Positions 9,709 to 20,324 of a DNA stretch of 64,000 bases are shown piece after piece (the first letter of the stretch is position 1; the number at the start of each line of letters is the position of its first letter). Under the pieces are notes generated by a model, which saw only the letters and a list, made by a program, of their open reading frames with translations, ran no database searches and was not told where the DNA came from. A program made the position numbers and the translations under genes. This stretch comes from an uncultured Gammaproteobacteria bacterium (GTDB lineage: Bacteria; Patescibacteriota; Microgenomatia; CAZETR01; Amesbacteraceae), in the NCBI GenBank assembly GCA_964633995.1, contig CAZWKN010000005.1, positions 920 to 64,919 of the forward strand, read 5' to 3'.

Positions 9709-10310
9709 CCACCCAAGAAAAAATTACTGCATTACAAGAGATAGCTTCGGAAATAATCTCATTTAAAGGCCTTGTTATAGCCAAAAATGCCCTTCATCCC
9801 GTGCCGGGAGAGGGTGATCCCGACGCCGATATTTTAATGATTGGTGAAGCCCCTGGAGAGTTGGAAGACAAAACCGGCCGACCTTTTGTGGGCAGATCAG
9901 GTCAACTAATGAGAACAACCCTTACCGAGGTAACGGGTATAACTCCAAACGAAGTTTTTATCACCAATATTGTTAAATACCGTCCCCCAGAGAACCGGGA
10001 TCCTACCGACGAAGAAATATTAGCATGTAAAAACTGGTTAGATCGTCAAATTCAAATCATTAAGCCTCAGGTTATTGTAACTCTAGGTCGTTTTAGTATG
10101 GCCAAATTCATTTCCGGTATCACCATATCCAGAATCCATGGCCAACCCAGAATTGTAGACTTCTATGGGGTACGTTATACTGTACTTCCAATGTATCATC
10201 CGGCCGCTGCGCTTAGGGGTACTACTGTGTTAAACGAGTTCAAAGCAGATTTCCAAAAACTCACAGGATTACTAAAGCCAAGGGCTTCCACCCAAACAAG
10301 CCTTTTTTAA
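9705..10310 (+). CDS. Uracil-DNA glycosylase, family 4
   Basis: IGEAPG..ED..GRPFVG.SG, NIVKYRPPENRDP, YHPAAAL. Confidence 0.93.
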   Translation: MTTQEKITALQEIASEIISFKGLVIAKNALHPVPGEGDPDADILMIGEAPGELEDKTGRPFVGRSGQLMRTTLTEVTGITPNEVFITNIVKYRPPENRDPTDEEILACKNWLDRQIQIIKPQVIVTLGRFSMAKFISGITISRIHGQPRIVDFYGVRYTVLPMYHPAAALRGTTVLNEFKADFQKLTGLLKPRASTQTSLF

Positions 10311-10313
10311 ATT

Positions 10314-11996
10314 ATGCAGTTTATTAATTCAAAACCCAAAAAACCAATACTAAGAATTCTCTCGCTAGGGGGGTTTGGTCGGGTTACCTCAAACATGTTT
10401 GTATATGAGTATGGCTCGGACGTGTTGCTCGTGGATTGTGGCATGGGGTTTCCAACCGAAGACATGTTAGGCGTGGACATTCTCATTCCAGACATAACAT
10501 ATCTCAACCATAAATTGCCAAATATTCGCGGTTTGGTTATCACTCACGGCCACGAAGATCACACTGGAGCACTTCCGTACATACTCCCCCAGCTAGGCAA
10601 TATTCCTATCTATGCTTCAAAACTGACGGCCGCCCTCATTATGGAAAAACTAGCCGACTATCAAAATATGCCCAAAAAAGTCAACGAGCTAATACCAGGA
10701 AACCCTCTAAAATTGGGCGTATTCACGGTTGAGTCAGTTAGAATATCGCATTCAATTCCCGATGCCACTAATTTAATTATTTCAACCCCAGAAGGGACGA
10801 TATATCACGGCAGCGATTTTAAATTTGATTTTACGCCAGTAGACGGCGTACTCCCTGACGTCGGTCGTATCGCACAGGCTGGTAATTCCGGAGTCCAGTT
10901 GTTATTTTCAGATTCGCTTGGTAGTGAGCGCAGAGGATTGACCCCGTCTGAAAAAACGCTCACTGATACCTTTGAAAGAGAAATTGCGTCGTGCCAAGGC
11001 AAATTCATCATGACCACAATGAGTAGCAATATCAGCAGGTTCAGACAAGCCGCTGAGACCGCCATTCGACATGGTAGGAGAATCGCCATTTCCGGTAGAA
11101 GCATAGAAAGAAACATTCAAGTCGCAACCCGATTGGGGTACTTAAATTTACCTAAAAACGCATTCATAGAATTAAAAGATATCAAAAAACTTCCTCCCAA
11201 AAACATATGCATTCTTATAGCCGGTTCCCAAGCTCAACCCGGATCGGCTCTTGAGAGAGTGGCCACCCAGGATCACAAAGATATTAACCTGGATCCGGGA
11301 GATAAGGTGGTCTTTTCTTCCGACTATATCCCAGGCAATGAAAGCGCTGTTCAGGCCCTGATAGATTCTTTAGCCCGTTTGGGGGCCACTGTAGTTTACT
11401 CTGGACTTATGGACAATTTGCACGTCTCTGGTCATGGTAGCCAGCAGGATTTGCTTCTAATGATGGCTCTTGTCAAGCCTAAATTTTTAATTCCCATCGG
11501 TGGAACATATCGCCATATGGTTCAGTATTCCCACCTAGCCCAATCTATGGGCTACACACCCGATAGGATTTTATTACCCAGTTACAATCAAACAATTGAG
11601 GTCTCAAGTGGTCAGGTCACTCTCGGTCCAACAGTAGAAGTCAAAAATGTTATGGTTGACGGTTTGGGTGTGGGCGACGTAGGCAGCGTTGTTTTAAGGG
11701 ATCGTCAACATCTGGCCGAAGAGGGAGTGTTGGTTGTTGTGTTGGAGTTAGACCAAAACGACCTAAGCCATTTGACAGATGTAGAGTTAATCAGTCGGGG
11801 CTTTGTCTTTGACCGCCAAAACACTGGCCTGTTAAATGAGGCCTCTCAGCTTGTTAAGCAAACTTTCCTCAACAAAAAAGGAAAAATCGAGTCCGATCGT
11901 CACGCCAAGTTGTTAGTTGCCGATACCCTGGAGCGTTTCCTTTTTGACCGCACCCACCGCCGCCCCATGGTCCTCCCTGTTGTTGTTGAAGTATAA
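10314..11996 (+). CDS. rnj: Ribonuclease J
   Basis: ITHGHEDHTGA, HSIPD, DFKFD, HVSGHG, RRPMVLPV. Confidence 0.97.
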   Translation: MQFINSKPKKPILRILSLGGFGRVTSNMFVYEYGSDVLLVDCGMGFPTEDMLGVDILIPDITYLNHKLPNIRGLVITHGHEDHTGALPYILPQLGNIPIYASKLTAALIMEKLADYQNMPKKVNELIPGNPLKLGVFTVESVRISHSIPDATNLIISTPEGTIYHGSDFKFDFTPVDGVLPDVGRIAQAGNSGVQLLFSDSLGSERRGLTPSEKTLTDTFEREIASCQGKFIMTTMSSNISRFRQAAETAIRHGRRIAISGRSIERNIQVATRLGYLNLPKNAFIELKDIKKLPPKNICILIAGSQAQPGSALERVATQDHKDINLDPGDKVVFSSDYIPGNESAVQALIDSLARLGATVVYSGLMDNLHVSGHGSQQDLLLMMALVKPKFLIPIGGTYRHMVQYSHLAQSMGYTPDRILLPSYNQTIEVSSGQVTLGPTVEVKNVMVDGLGVGDVGSVVLRDRQHLAEEGVLVVVLELDQNDLSHLTDVELISRGFVFDRQNTGLLNEASQLVKQTFLNKKGKIESDRHAKLLVADTLERFLFDRTHRRPMVLPVVVEV

Positions 11997-12004
11997 TATC
12001 TCCG

Positions 12005-14125
12005 ATGCCCGCAAAACGCTCTCTCCTTGGTCGAAAAAAACATCAATTGCGTCTCAAAAAAACCACAGTTAATTCTATTGGGGCCATAATGCTCTTTGGG
12101 TTGGCGGGTTTAGTCTGGGTTTCGTTCATCCGTCAAGGACTTCTTCTAGTCAAGGTAAACAATCTATTAATGCTCCATTTTGGGTTAGTCCCACTTCTTT
12201 TTCTACCCTTTCCGTTTATTGTCGGTGGGTTGATGATTACCAAATTCAAGTCTTCTTTGGCAGAGCCAAACGTGTTTGCGGGCAGCCTCGTTGTCCTGGC
12301 CGTTTTAACGGGCTTGTTTCACCAGGGAGATTTAGGTGCAGAGTTTTGGCGCAGCACCTCCGCACTTTTGTCTCCAGTGGGCTCGTTTTTATTCTTACTT
12401 GTTGGTCTTGCAGTTGGTTTGATAATCATGTTTAACGTCCCCTTTGAGGATGTTATTGGGTTTATTGTAAAACTTTTCACTTTTGAAAAGAAAAGTCCTA
12501 CTGCTATTTCACCCAAGCCCATCAAAATGTCTGGCATGGCAGTATCCAATCCATCTATCCCCACCCCTATCCGTCAATCAGAAATCAAAACTACAGGCAT
12601 TGGTACAAAACCAACTAAAAATTCTCCTACCCAACTATCTATTCCATCTGCACCATCTGCCGCCTCCGATTCTGTCTGGCATTATCCCTCCATGGCCCTT
12701 TTATCGGAAAACATCTCAGGGAAAGCGGATCGTGGGAACGTAAACAATAATGCAGACATAATCGAGAAGACTTTAGATGCGTTTGGTATCACTGCCAAGG
12801 TAGTCGAAGTAAATCTTGGTCCGGCGGTTACTCAATATGCTCTCGAGGTGGCAATTGGTACCAAGCTCTCAAAGATAAACGCATTAAGTAATGACTTAGC
12901 CCTCGCCCTAGCGGCACCTACTGGCCAAATTCGGATCGAAGCACCTATACCAGGTAGATCGCTCGTGGGCATAGAACTCCCGAATCGTACTCCGGAGTTT
13001 GTCAGCTTAAGAAAAATTTTAGATTCTGACGCCTTTAAACACCATAAAAGCAAGCTCTCTGTTGCTCTCGGTTTGGATGTGTCCGGAAGTGCAATCGTTG
13101 CCGATATTGCCAAGATGCCCCACATTCTCATTGCAGGATCTACTGGTTCAGGTAAATCGGTTTGTATTAATGCTTTTATTGCCTCGCTACTTTTCCGTTG
13201 TAGCCCCCAGGAGTTAAATCTCATCATGGTCGATCCCAAGCGGGTCGAGTTAACAGGCTATAACGGCATTCCGCATTTGTTAAGTCCGGTCATAGTTGAA
13301 CCAGACAAGGTTCTATCTGCTCTCAAGTGGGCAACCGGGGAGATGGATCGCAGATATAAATTATTCGCCGAGGTCGGAGTCAGAAATTTGGAAGCCTATA
13401 ACGACCTTTCCGGCTTTCAGGCTCTACCCTACATAGTTATTCTGATCGATGAATTGGCAGATATCATGCTCTTTGCCCCCGTTGAAGTGGAAGATGCCAT
13501 AACTCGTATAGCTCAAATGGCCAGAGCCACGGGTATTCATTTGGTAATTGCCACTCAACGTCCGTCAGTCGATGTAATAACCGGCCTTATTAAAGCAAAC
13601 ATCCCCGCCCGCATGGCTTTTGCAGTCTCATCAATGATTGATTCGCGTGTCATCATCGACCAACCTGGCGCTGAGAAACTCCTTGGTCGGGGCGATATGT
13701 TGTACGTTCCGCCCGATCAGGCAAAACCAAGTCGTATTCAAGGTGCATTTGTCTCCGACAAAGAAATACACCAACTTATCGACTTTATAAAAAAACAGGG
13801 CATTGCTCCACATTACACCGAAGAAGTTCTCACTCAACAAATTTCGACCGGCAAGCGCGGGGCCAATCGTGGATCATCGTTTATTGCCCCCAATGGAGAT
13901 AGTAGGGATGAGCTGTTTGAACCAGCACTTCGAGTTATTGTCCAAAACAACAACGCCTCAGCATCGTTTTTACAAAGAAAACTTAGTGTTGGTTATGCAA
14001 GGGCAGCAAAAATCCTTGACGAGCTACAAGCCGCCGGGGCTATTGGACCTGCCAACGGTGCAAAACCCAGAGATATTCTCATCAACGATGTTACTGGTTT
14101 CTTAACTCCCCCGGCATCGGGATAG
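12005..14125 (+). CDS. ftsK: DNA translocase FtsK/SpoIIIE
   Basis: N-terminal TMs; PHILIAGSTGSGKSV, DPKRVEL, LIDELAD, ATQRPSVDVITG, C-terminal gamma domain LQRKLSVGYARAA. Confidence 0.97.
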   Translation: MPAKRSLLGRKKHQLRLKKTTVNSIGAIMLFGLAGLVWVSFIRQGLLLVKVNNLLMLHFGLVPLLFLPFPFIVGGLMITKFKSSLAEPNVFAGSLVVLAVLTGLFHQGDLGAEFWRSTSALLSPVGSFLFLLVGLAVGLIIMFNVPFEDVIGFIVKLFTFEKKSPTAISPKPIKMSGMAVSNPSIPTPIRQSEIKTTGIGTKPTKNSPTQLSIPSAPSAASDSVWHYPSMALLSENISGKADRGNVNNNADIIEKTLDAFGITAKVVEVNLGPAVTQYALEVAIGTKLSKINALSNDLALALAAPTGQIRIEAPIPGRSLVGIELPNRTPEFVSLRKILDSDAFKHHKSKLSVALGLDVSGSAIVADIAKMPHILIAGSTGSGKSVCINAFIASLLFRCSPQELNLIMVDPKRVELTGYNGIPHLLSPVIVEPDKVLSALKWATGEMDRRYKLFAEVGVRNLEAYNDLSGFQALPYIVILIDELADIMLFAPVEVEDAITRIAQMARATGIHLVIATQRPSVDVITGLIKANIPARMAFAVSSMIDSRVIIDQPGAEKLLGRGDMLYVPPDQAKPSRIQGAFVSDKEIHQLIDFIKKQGIAPHYTEEVLTQQISTGKRGANRGSSFIAPNGDSRDELFEPALRVIVQNNNASASFLQRKLSVGYARAAKILDELQAAGAIGPANGAKPRDILINDVTGFLTPPASG

Positions 14126-14146
14126 GCTGTGGTAACATGACATCAA

Positions 14147-14788
14147 ATGAAGACCACAGGACAAATTCTTCAGGCCGCCAGGGTAAGATCGTTGCAGGAT
14201 CTTTCGGAGATTTCCAAAATAACCAAAATTCGTGAACAGTTTTTACAAGCCCTGGAGTCGGATGATTATTCGGTACTACCCAGTGGTACTGTCGCCAGGG
14301 GATTTATTAAAAATTACAGTACTTTTTTGGGCCTGAATCCAGATTATGTATTAGCGATTTTCCGCCGTGATTTTGTAGAAAATGCCAGTGGGCAAATAGT
14401 GCCAAGGGGTATGGTTGAATCCGTTTCCAAGGTAAGCTTTTGGACTCCAAAATCTACCATCTTCCTTTTTGTTATTTGTATTTTCACCCTATTTTTGGGT
14501 TATCTTTTTTTTCAGTATCGCACATTAACTGGCCCACCAGCGTTAAAAATTATTTCTCCCAGTAATGGTTATACAACCAGCGAAGACACTGTAGAAGTAA
14601 TAGGAATTACAGATCCTGAGGCGACTATTTCAGTTGCCAATCAATTGGTTGCACTGGATAAAGGCGGTCGTTTTTCGTTTCGCGTTCCCTTGAAACCCGG
14701 TCACAACACCATTGCCGTGGTTGCAATTGGCAAGTCAAAAAAAACAGCAACAATTGAACGGGATGTCAACTTGACAACAAGTCCATAA
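14147..14788 (+). CDS. RodZ-like HTH-TM protein with C-terminal Ig-like domain
   Basis: TGQILQAAR..TKIRE.FL.ALE..Y..LP....GFIKNYS.FLGL; single TM; follows ftsK. Confidence 0.8.
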   Translation: MKTTGQILQAARVRSLQDLSEISKITKIREQFLQALESDDYSVLPSGTVARGFIKNYSTFLGLNPDYVLAIFRRDFVENASGQIVPRGMVESVSKVSFWTPKSTIFLFVICIFTLFLGYLFFQYRTLTGPPALKIISPSNGYTTSEDTVEVIGITDPEATISVANQLVALDKGGRFSFRVPLKPGHNTIAVVAIGKSKKTATIERDVNLTTSP

Positions 14789-14814
14789 AACCTATAACCT
14801 ATACCAATCAAGCA

Positions 14815-15162
14815 ATGACGACTTTCGTTCAATTATTGATGGGGATAGTTATTACCACTATGACATTTTTGGTTGCAGTGGTTGGCATTCAGGTATTTCA
14901 CATACTCCATGAATTTCGGATACTGCTTCAAAAAACCAATCGAATTTTGGATAATACTCAAACATTGTCGGAAGCCAGTGCTAAGCCAATCGCAGCCGTA
15001 AATGAGTTTTTTTCCGAGGTCAAGGATTTGGTCAACACAACCCAGGATGAAATCATAAATCAAACTCCTGACAGGGTTATTCAACCCGTAACTCGCACTC
15101 CGCAACATATTTCCAAATCCCATTTCTTCAGACGATCTGGCCTTCCTCTTCGACCTTCATAA
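14815..15162 (+). CDS. Hypothetical membrane-anchored coiled-coil protein
   Basis: N-terminal TM plus helical region; TTGACA at 14771 upstream. Confidence 0.6.
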   Translation: MTTFVQLLMGIVITTMTFLVAVVGIQVFHILHEFRILLQKTNRILDNTQTLSEASAKPIAAVNEFFSEVKDLVNTTQDEIINQTPDRVIQPVTRTPQHISKSHFFRRSGLPLRPS

Positions 15163-15189
15163 TCATTACCTTGAGGTATAATTATTCAC

Positions 15190-16941
15190 ATGCTTTCAGG
15201 TAACGCTATTCGTGCAAAATATTTAGCTTTTTTTAAAAGCAAGGGCCATGCTGTAATTCCTTCGGCTCCACTGGTCCCGGAAAACGACCCCACAACCCTC
15301 TTTACAGGCTCCGGCATGCAACCCATGCTACCGTTTTTATTAGGTCAGCCATACCCACATGGCTTAACTCGTCTTGTGGATTCTCAAAAATGTTTCCGCG
15401 CCCAGGACATAGAAGAAGTTGGAGATAATAGACACGACACTTTTTTTGAAATGCTCGGCAATTGGTCCTTGGGGGATTACTTCAAGCAAGAGCAGTTAGC
15501 GTGGTTTTATGAGTTCTTAACCACCGAACTTTCCCTCCCCAGCGACAAGTTATATGTTTCATGTTTTATCGGCAACTCAGAGATACCAAAAGACGAAGAA
15601 GCAGCAAATATATGGAAAAAGTTAGGCATAAAAGAAGATCATATTTTCTATTACGACACGAAAAAAAATTGGTGGGCCAGATCAAACTATGAATCAATGC
15701 CAAATGGTGAACCCGGCGGTCCCGATTCAGAGGTCTTTTTTGACTTCGGCACCCAACATGATTCTAGTTTTGGTGACATCTGTCACCCCAATTGTGATTG
15801 TGGACGTTTTATGGAAATAGGCAACAGCGTGTTTATGACTTACCAAAAAACCTCATTAGGATTTATTCCGTTAGAAAAGAAAAATATTGATTTTGGTGGT
15901 GGACTTGAGCGTCTTACAGCAGCAGTAAACAATAACCCAGATATTTTTAAAACAGATCTCTTTTTAGGGATTATTCAATATCTAGAGACTTGTTCCCTTA
16001 AAAAATATTCAGACAACGCCCCCGCTATGCGGATAGTGGCCGACCACCTCAGAGCGTCTGCCTTTTTAATTTCAGACGGGATTTTTCCATCCAACAAAGC
16101 TCAGGGTTACTTTTTAAGACGTTTGCTTCGACGTGTTTTGGTAAAGCTTCAACAGCTTGGTATTTCTAACCCCGATTTTACAGCTTTGGTCTCAACTATT
16201 TTTGAAATTTACGCCGACTCTCCTTACTTCAAATCATCCTCAGTCTCAGATGTTTCCAAAGTTATCTCCGAAGAGGCTTCCAAGTTTTCAAAAACTCTTA
16301 CTGATGGGCTTAAAAGAATTGCCAACACTAGCCCCTTTGATCTTTTTCAGACCTTTGGATTCCCTCCTGAGGTAACAGAAGAATTGTTAAAGCAACAGGG
16401 CAAAACCTTGGATTGGGATGAATTTAACAAACACAAAGCGCTACATCAGGAGCTATCTCGCACGGCAGGCAAGGGTATGTTTAAAGGAGGCCTTCAAGAT
16501 CAATCTGAAATTACTACCAAATATCACACCGCCACTCACCTTATACACGCGGCTCTCAGACAAATTTTGGGGACTCGTGTCCAGCAAAAAGGAAGCAATA
16601 TAACATCAGAAAGACTCCGGTTCGATTTTTCCCACGATTCAAAAATGACTGAATCACAAATTCGCGAAGTTGAAACTCTGGTCAATCAAAAAATCGCGGA
16701 AGATATTCCTGTCACAAAAATTGAAATGAACAAATCTCAGGCTATTGCAGAAGGCGCAATGGCTTTTTTTCCAGAAAAATATCCTGATATCACCAACGTA
16801 TATTCTATTGGTAAATTCTCAAAGGAACTTTGTGGTGGACCCCATGTTCATTCGACAGGGGAAGTGGGACGTATTAAGATAATAAAGGAAGAATCCGCTG
16901 GAGCCGGAGTTCGTCGTATTTATGCATCTGCCCTTCTTTAA
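15190..16941 (+). CDS. alaS: Alanine--tRNA ligase (short form without C-Ala domain)
   Basis: DPTTLFTGSGM, TFFEMLGNWS, IVADHLRA, HTATHL, ELCGGPH, AGVRRI. Confidence 0.97.
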   Translation: MLSGNAIRAKYLAFFKSKGHAVIPSAPLVPENDPTTLFTGSGMQPMLPFLLGQPYPHGLTRLVDSQKCFRAQDIEEVGDNRHDTFFEMLGNWSLGDYFKQEQLAWFYEFLTTELSLPSDKLYVSCFIGNSEIPKDEEAANIWKKLGIKEDHIFYYDTKKNWWARSNYESMPNGEPGGPDSEVFFDFGTQHDSSFGDICHPNCDCGRFMEIGNSVFMTYQKTSLGFIPLEKKNIDFGGGLERLTAAVNNNPDIFKTDLFLGIIQYLETCSLKKYSDNAPAMRIVADHLRASAFLISDGIFPSNKAQGYFLRRLLRRVLVKLQQLGISNPDFTALVSTIFEIYADSPYFKSSSVSDVSKVISEEASKFSKTLTDGLKRIANTSPFDLFQTFGFPPEVTEELLKQQGKTLDWDEFNKHKALHQELSRTAGKGMFKGGLQDQSEITTKYHTATHLIHAALRQILGTRVQQKGSNITSERLRFDFSHDSKMTESQIREVETLVNQKIAEDIPVTKIEMNKSQAIAEGAMAFFPEKYPDITNVYSIGKFSKELCGGPHVHSTGEVGRIKIIKEESAGAGVRRIYASALL

Positions 16942-19057
16942 AAAACCAATAACGGCCCCCTCCCGGGAGTATTTTTTTGCGTTGGAAATTGACCATCATG
17001 CCGTAAAAAGTGCAGTCTGGACTGTCGCCAACAGTAAAACCCAAATGGTATCCACTGGAAATGTTGTTGCCTGGGACGACAGATCCATAGACAGTCTCAT
17101 CGAAGCCTGTGACCAAACCTTATCAGACTCGGCCAACCGTCTTGATCCGTCGGGTAAGACCCAGCCGGAAAAAGTCATTCTAGGTCTTCCTTCTGATTGG
17201 ATGGGCGAGGACAAAATAATATCCGACCGACTCAAATACCTTAAGGCCATGACCCAAAAACTATCACTTAACGCAGTAGGTTTTGTAGTCAACCCAGAAG
17301 CTGCAGTCCGCTATATACAATCTATAGACGGAGCGCCTCCAACCGCAATCATAATTGGAGTCTGGGACCATCACTTAGAAATAACATTGGTCCGGCTAGG
17401 AAAAATCGATTCAACAGAATTGATTAGTAGAAGCTCTAAAGTAGTCGACGATGTCGTAGAGGGTCTTTCGAGATTTCCCCAAATCAATATGTTGCCATCC
17501 AGAATATTGTTGTATGATTCCGGCCATAGTCTAGAAGAGATAAAGCAACAATTGCTTGCCCACCCCTGGCAAGCTCCTCAAACCAAGCTTCCGTTTTTAC
17601 ACTTTCCCAAGATAGAATCACTGCCTTCAGATTTTTCAATCCGTGCCATCTCGGTCTCGGGAGGAGTGGAGGTAGCTCGTAGTTTAGGTATAATTGCCGA
17701 TGAACCGACTTCCGTGCCAACCCCAGAACCAAATACTGAACCCACCCCGGAGGAATTGGGTTTTTCCACAGTCGATGTTCCATCGCATCCAGAACCTCCG
17801 GCTCTAGAGCAGGACGATTCTATCAATGAAGAGCCGCCCCGTGTCCCTAAGAACCATTTTAAATTCCAATTCCCCAAATTGCCGTCATTTCCAACACTTC
17901 CAATGATCCGTTTACCATACGCCCCTCTGCTGTTTATTATTGCTTTGGTCATTGCTTCAATAGGGCTACTATTAGCTTATTGGTTGCTACCCAGGGCCTC
18001 GGTGACTCTTATCGTAAATTCCCAGGAACTTTCAGCCGATTTTAATCTGACCGCAGACACCCAAATATCCTCCCCCGATTTATCCAAGCCAAGTTTGCCC
18101 GCTCAGATTGTCGAAGTCTCTGTTTCTGCCGAAAAGTCGACTACTGTTACTGGTTCAAAATTAGTCGGTGACAAAGCCACTGGAACGGTCACAGTGATAA
18201 ATGGCACCTCACAACCCAGAACCTTTTTGGCAGGTAGCGTGCTCTCTTCCCCGTCTGGTCTAAAATTCACTACCGATTCGGACATCTCTGTTGCCTCTGC
18301 ATCGGGAACCGCCGATCCAAACTCCTATCAACCTGGCAAGGCCTCCGTAAAGGTTACTGCGTCGTCGATTGGTACAGATAGCAACCTATCTGCAGGAACC
18401 CAGTTTCGGGTTGGTACCTTTGCGTCATTAGATTATGTCGCTAAAAACGATTCAGCGCTATCAGGAGGAAGTAGCAGGCAGGTTAAGGCTGTGTCCAAAT
18501 CCGATTTAGAAAAACTTCGTTCCGACCTGACAGCTTCATTAAAAGATCAGGCAAAATCAGAATTACAATCAAAAGTTGGTTCCGGTCAAACCCTGGTATC
18601 GGATTCGGTCACATTGCAAACTACCACCGAAAACTTTGATCACAAAGAATCTGAAGAAGCAGACGAAGTTAAATTAAAACTCGTTATTTCAGCCAGAGGC
18701 CTAGTTTTAACCAACGCCGACCTAGCTCCAATTGTCTCAGAACAAATTCGTCCAAAAATACCCGACGGTTTTAGTCTGACCGGGGACCCGAAATTCTCGT
18801 TTACTATTAAGAAAGTAGAAAAAAACACCGCTAACTTAATTGTGCATTCCACAGCTTTTGTTTTGCCCAAGTACGATATTCAAAAAATTATAACTGATAT
18901 CTCAGGAAAAATTCCCAATATTGCAGAAGCATACCTTATCAAACTACCCGCCGTTTCATCTACTCACTTCGAATTTCATCCTAAACTTCCAGATTTTCTA
19001 CTTACCCTTCCCCATCAAGCCAAAAACATTAAGCTCACAATTACACCTGCCCCGTAA
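16922..19057 (+). CDS. Large membrane protein: FtsA/actin-like N-terminus, TM, baseplate-J-like C-terminus
   Basis: FALEIDH..VK N-terminus, P/E-rich linker, one TM, KATGTVTVIN...G.D.N...GG(S) beta-rich domain; fold assignment inferred. Confidence 0.6.
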   Translation: MHLPFFKKPITAPSREYFFALEIDHHAVKSAVWTVANSKTQMVSTGNVVAWDDRSIDSLIEACDQTLSDSANRLDPSGKTQPEKVILGLPSDWMGEDKIISDRLKYLKAMTQKLSLNAVGFVVNPEAAVRYIQSIDGAPPTAIIIGVWDHHLEITLVRLGKIDSTELISRSSKVVDDVVEGLSRFPQINMLPSRILLYDSGHSLEEIKQQLLAHPWQAPQTKLPFLHFPKIESLPSDFSIRAISVSGGVEVARSLGIIADEPTSVPTPEPNTEPTPEELGFSTVDVPSHPEPPALEQDDSINEEPPRVPKNHFKFQFPKLPSFPTLPMIRLPYAPLLFIIALVIASIGLLLAYWLLPRASVTLIVNSQELSADFNLTADTQISSPDLSKPSLPAQIVEVSVSAEKSTTVTGSKLVGDKATGTVTVINGTSQPRTFLAGSVLSSPSGLKFTTDSDISVASASGTADPNSYQPGKASVKVTASSIGTDSNLSAGTQFRVGTFASLDYVAKNDSALSGGSSRQVKAVSKSDLEKLRSDLTASLKDQAKSELQSKVGSGQTLVSDSVTLQTTTENFDHKESEEADEVKLKLVISARGLVLTNADLAPIVSEQIRPKIPDGFSLTGDPKFSFTIKKVEKNTANLIVHSTAFVLPKYDIQKIITDISGKIPNIAEAYLIKLPAVSSTHFEFHPKLPDFLLTLPHQAKNIKLTITPAP

Positions 19058-19732
19058 ATGCTTCGATTCAAATCCAAAAAAATTGCCTTTGTTTTAGTTG
19101 GCCTAGGTTTAACAGCCTGGCTTACAATTTTAGTCCCAATACTCATTCATTATTTGTTCTTTGTTACAATCAATCCATTAACAATTCTTGATCCATCTGC
19201 TTCAGTGTACCCCAATCCTATTGTGTTAAACGTCTTGGGTCTGGCCACCTCGGATTTTACTCAAGCATCTACGTGGTTTGAAAATACTTTACCCCCCCAG
19301 GCTTCAAATTCAGCAGGAACTGTCAAATACTATTCTATTTCAATCCCCAAACTAAAGATGTCTGATGTCTCAGTTGAAGTTTATGGCTCAGATCTTAAAA
19401 AAAACGCCATTCAGTACCCTGGCACCGCCCTTCCTGGTAGTCCAGGTAATCCTGTCGTCTTTGGCCACTCAGCCCTGCCCCAATTTTATCAGGCCCGAAA
19501 TCCGTTAACGATTTTTAACCCATTGACAAAAATTGCTATAGGCGATGAGATACTAGTCAACTATGACGGCATCATCTTTAGATATCGTGTTCGTCAGAAA
19601 CAAGAAGTAACCCCCACCGACATTTATGTCTTAGCCCAGCGCTACGACAAAAGAGAATTGACCTTAATTACATGTGTCCCGCTGGGAACCTATTTTCATC
19701 GGCTGGTTGTTCGTGCCGAACTGATAAACTAA
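19058..19732 (+). CDS. Sortase
   Basis: N-terminal TM; GNPVVFGHS, LTLITCVP, RLVVRA give the His-Cys-Arg triad. Confidence 0.92.
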   Translation: MLRFKSKKIAFVLVGLGLTAWLTILVPILIHYLFFVTINPLTILDPSASVYPNPIVLNVLGLATSDFTQASTWFENTLPPQASNSAGTVKYYSISIPKLKMSDVSVEVYGSDLKKNAIQYPGTALPGSPGNPVVFGHSALPQFYQARNPLTIFNPLTKIAIGDEILVNYDGIIFRYRVRQKQEVTPTDIYVLAQRYDKRELTLITCVPLGTYFHRLVVRAELIN

Positions 19733-19737
19733 CTCAC

Positions 19738-20115
19738 ATGAATTATTTAGGTTTAGACTATGGACAAAAAAATATTGGGGTGGCGTTGGCAATCGGCCCA
19801 TTAGCCGAACCATTAATCACTTTTTCCACCGCTAAGTCTATCTCTTTAATCAAGGCTTTGGTAGAAAAACATCATATTGACGAAATTATTATTGGTCAAC
19901 CGGACAAGCTTTTAGAGTCCGAGTTTAAAGGATTTGTTGACCAGTTGTCCATTCTAAATCGTCCACTGTCCATCGTAGACGAAACACTTTCTTCTCACGA
20001 TGCCCGTCAAGCATTGTTGCACACTTCCAGAACCAGGCGTAAAAACTCTGAGCACGCAGTCGCGGCAACCATAATTCTCCAATCATTCCTTGACTATCAG
20101 CTATCAAAAAGTTAA
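19738..20115 (+). CDS. ruvX: RuvX/YqgF (pre-16S rRNA nuclease family)
   Basis: YLGLDYGQKNIGVA, VDETLSS, AATIILQSFLD; start corrected to ATG 19738. Confidence 0.9.
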   Translation: MNYLGLDYGQKNIGVALAIGPLAEPLITFSTAKSISLIKALVEKHHIDEIIIGQPDKLLESEFKGFVDQLSILNRPLSIVDETLSSHDARQALLHTSRTRRKNSEHAVAATIILQSFLDYQLSKS

Positions 20116-20123
20116 AGTAAGGC

Positions 20124-20324
20124 ATGTTTAAAAATGTCATTGCCCCAGTTCAAGCTTGGTTGCTTTCGCAAGGTCGCTGTGTAGGCTGTGGAACCGACTT
20201 GAGTACGGCTAAGTCCCAAAAACATGAGGATGGGGAAAAGGTCACTTGTTCAAAATGTGGTCGTATATTTATCAAGGAATCTCCGTCAGGCAAATATCGT
20301 CGGGCATTGTTTGCTGAAGTGTGA
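20124..20324 (+). CDS. Small zinc-ribbon protein
   Basis: CVGC and CSKC pairs; translationally coupled to mltG. Confidence 0.7.
   Translation: MFKNVIAPVQAWLLSQGRCVGCGTDLSTAKSQKHEDGEKVTCSKCGRIFIKESPSGKYRRALFAEV

Noticed and set aside
16922-19057. Prophage or contractile tail system implied by the baseplate-J-like domain
   Set aside because: No other phage or tail genes; flanked by housekeeping genes
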